NCBI RefSeq assembly: GCF_003334405.1 | Contig: NZ_QOWM01000004.1 | DNA: 64,000 bases | Strand: one strand, 5' to 3' | DNA from: Escherichia coli | GTDB lineage: Bacteria; Pseudomonadota; Gammaproteobacteria; Enterobacterales; Enterobacteriaceae | Part shown: piece by piece, positions 61,980 to 64,000 of the stretch | How the letters are laid out: each line of letters starts with the position of its first letter | Position numbering within the stretch: the stretch's first letter is position 1 | Made by a program: the position numbers and the translations under genes | Notes under the pieces: generated by a model | Database searches by the model: none | What the model saw: the letters and a program-made list of their open reading frames with translations, nothing else | Told to the model about the DNA's origin: nothing

Positions 61980-62873
61980 ATGGAACAGCTGCGTGCCGAA
62001 TTAAGCCATTTACTGGGCGAAAAACTCAGTCGTATTGAGTGCGTCAATGAAAAAGCGGATACGGCGTTGTGGGCTTTGTATGACAGCCAGGGAAACCCAA
62101 TGCCGTTAATGGCAAGAAGCTTTAGTACGCCCGGAAAAGCCCGACAACTGGCATGGAAAACCACCATGCTGGCAAGAAGTGGGACTGTCCGTATGCCGAC
62201 TATTTATGGTGTGATGACGCATGAAGAACACCCCGGCCCCGATGTCCTGCTACTGGAGCGGATGCGTGGTGTTTCGGTGGAGGCACCAGCCCGAACACCA
62301 GAACGCTGGGAACAACTCAAAGACCAAATCGTTGAAGCCTTACTGGCCTGGCACCGTCAGGACAGTCGCGGTTGCGTCGGCGCGGTCGACAATACTCAGG
62401 AAAATTTCTGGCCCTCATGGTACCGGCAACATGTTGAAGTGCTATGGACCACGCTCAATCAGTTCAATAACACCGGTCTGACGATGCAGGATAAGCGGAT
62501 CCTGTTTCGCACTCGCGAATGTCTCCCGGCATTATTTGAAGGCTTTAACGACAATTGTGTGCTGATTCACGGTAACTTCTGTTTACGCAGCATGTTGAAA
62601 GATTCGCGCAGCGATCAGTTACTGGCGATGGTCGGGCCGGGACTAATGCTTTGGGCACCGCGAGAATACGAACTGTTCCGACTAATGGATAATTCTCTGG
62701 CGGAAGATTTGCTCTGGAGTTACCTGCAACGCGCGCCAGTGGCGGAGTCGTTCATCTGGCGGCGTTGGTTGTATGTGTTATGGGATGAAGTTGCGCAACT
62801 GGTTAATACCGGACGATTTAGTCGGCGCAACTTCGATCTGGCATCAAAATCACTCTTGCCGTGGCTCGCCTGA
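61980..62873 (+). CDS. ycbJ: Putative kinase-like protein (phosphotransferase fold)
   Basis: 297-aa ORF; position after kdsB; convergent overlap with elyC. Confidence 0.78.
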   Translation: MEQLRAELSHLLGEKLSRIECVNEKADTALWALYDSQGNPMPLMARSFSTPGKARQLAWKTTMLARSGTVRMPTIYGVMTHEEHPGPDVLLLERMRGVSVEAPARTPERWEQLKDQIVEALLAWHRQDSRGCVGAVDNTQENFWPSWYRQHVEVLWTTLNQFNNTGLTMQDKRILFRTRECLPALFEGFNDNCVLIHGNFCLRSMLKDSRSDQLLAMVGPGLMLWAPREYELFRLMDNSLAEDLLWSYLQRAPVAESFIWRRWLYVLWDEVAQLVNTGRFSRRNFDLASKSLLPWLA

Positions 62874-63629
62874 CGAACCTTTTAGCCACTGCCAGATACG
62901 GCCAAGCGTTTCATAGCCAACACGATCGCTATGCATCAACCAGACCGGAGAAGGGATTGCCCGTTCCCACGGGTTAAGCGGCGAGTCGATGGCCAACTGA
63001 TTCGCCGGGGCTGGTAGCGGATTTAACCCTTCCTGCTGAAAAAAGATCATCGCCCGCGGCAGATGTGATGCGGAGGTCACCAGCAGGAAAGGGGCGTCAC
63101 CAATCGCCTGTTTCACTGCTGCAGCTTCTTCTTCGGTATCTTTTGGCAAATCCAGGGTGATAATTTGCTCGCGCGGCACGCCCAGCGATTGCGCAACTCT
63201 GGCACCTACTTCCGCTGTACTCACCGTATTGGTTTTTGCTACGCCTCCCGTGAAGATCAGTTTTGATCCCGGATTTTCGCGCCATAAGCGAATACCTTCA
63301 TTCAGGCGTGGCAGACTGTTATTGATTAAATTAGAGCTCGGTGCCCACTGCGGGTTCCAGGTATAACCACCTCCGAGCACCACGATATAGTCCACTTTTT
63401 GCGAATTATTCCATGTCGGATAGGTGCTTTCGATGGGACGCAGCAGGCGGTCGGCTACCGGTTGCAAACTCAATAACAAGAGCGCCAGCCACCCAATGCT
63501 AATAAAAATCTTCCCGGTTTTTTGAAAACGGCTAAACCACAGCAGCGCCAGGCCAGCGCCAATAATCAACAACATCAGCGGAAGTGGCAGCAACATATTG
63601 CCAATCACTTTTTTCAGTGTAAAAAGCAT
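62850..63629 (-). CDS. elyC: Envelope biogenesis factor ElyC (DUF218)
   Basis: 259-aa ORF with N-terminal transmembrane helix (MLFTLKKVIGNMLLPLPLMLLIIGAGLALLWF). Confidence 0.8.
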   Translation of the reverse strand: MLFTLKKVIGNMLLPLPLMLLIIGAGLALLWFSRFQKTGKIFISIGWLALLLLSLQPVADRLLRPIESTYPTWNNSQKVDYIVVLGGGYTWNPQWAPSSNLINNSLPRLNEGIRLWRENPGSKLIFTGGVAKTNTVSTAEVGARVAQSLGVPREQIITLDLPKDTEEEAAAVKQAIGDAPFLLVTSASHLPRAMIFFQQEGLNPLPAPANQLAIDSPLNPWERAIPSPVWLMHSDRVGYETLGRIWQWLKGSSGEPRQE

Positions 63630-63764
63630 CCTTTCTGGTTCCTTTTTTAACCATATAGCAAGGGATCGCCAGCGATATTACACCAGACGGGTTCATTCTC
63701 GCCGTGGCTGTGACAAAATAGCGTCTTTATCAGAAAACGTCTTAGCCAACCGGTGGAGAAAGCA

Positions 63765-64000
63765 ATGCAGGATCGCAATTTTGATGATATTGCGGAAAAG
63801 TTTTCCCGTAACATTTACGGCACCACCAAAGGGCAGCTTCGACAGGCTATTCTGTGGCAGGATCTCGATCGCGTGCTGGCGGAAATGGGCCCGCAAAAAC
63901 TGCGTGTGCTGGATGCTGGCGGTGGAGAAGGGCAGACCGCAATCAAAATGGCCGAGCGTGGGCATCAGGTCATTTTATGCGATCTTTCTGCGCAGATGAT
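63765..64000 (+). CDS. cmoM: SAM-dependent tRNA methyltransferase, 5' part; continues beyond the window end
   Basis: ATG at 63765 with GGAGAA Shine-Dalgarno; MQDRNFDDIAEKFSRNIYGTTKGQLRQAILWQDL; SAM-binding VLDAGGGEG motif. Confidence 0.85.
   Translation, partial: MQDRNFDDIAEKFSRNIYGTTKGQLRQAILWQDLDRVLAEMGPQKLRVLDAGGGEGQTAIKMAERGHQVILCDLSAQM

Overview
This window reads as an uninterrupted, syntenic stretch of Escherichia coli (K-12-like) core chromosome, and I do not see a novel multi-gene system in it. All gene identifications are from recognising the translated ORFs and their order from memory; no database search was run. Gene order, low to high coordinate: poxB (5' part, minus), hcr and hcp, lysO(ybjE), aqpZ, ybjD, ybjX, macA-macB, cspD, clpS-clpA, an orphan 2-repeat type I-F CRISPR remnant, tRNA-Ser (serW), infA, aat, cydC and cydD, trxB, lrp, ftsK, lolA, rarA, serS, dmsABC, ycaC, ycaD, ycaM, ycaN, ycaK, pflA, pflB, focA, ycaO, ycaP, serC-aroA, ycaL, cmk-rpsA, ihfB, ycaI-msbA-lpxK-ycaQ-ycaR-kdsB, ycbJ, elyC and the start of cmoM(smtA). 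Nearly all large ORFs are accounted for by well-known housekeeping, respiration or envelope genes. I see no IS elements, integrases or prophage genes. The points most worth a second look are: (1) an apparent frame break inside the ComEC-family gene ycaI; (2) the orphan CRISPR remnant with one 32-bp spacer; (3) a GC-rich cluster of perfect palindromes between lysO and aqpZ; (4) the solo OLD-family ATPase/TOPRIM gene ybjD. ORF-track starts were trimmed to the conserved N-termini where the track had extended them to upstream GTG/TTG codons.
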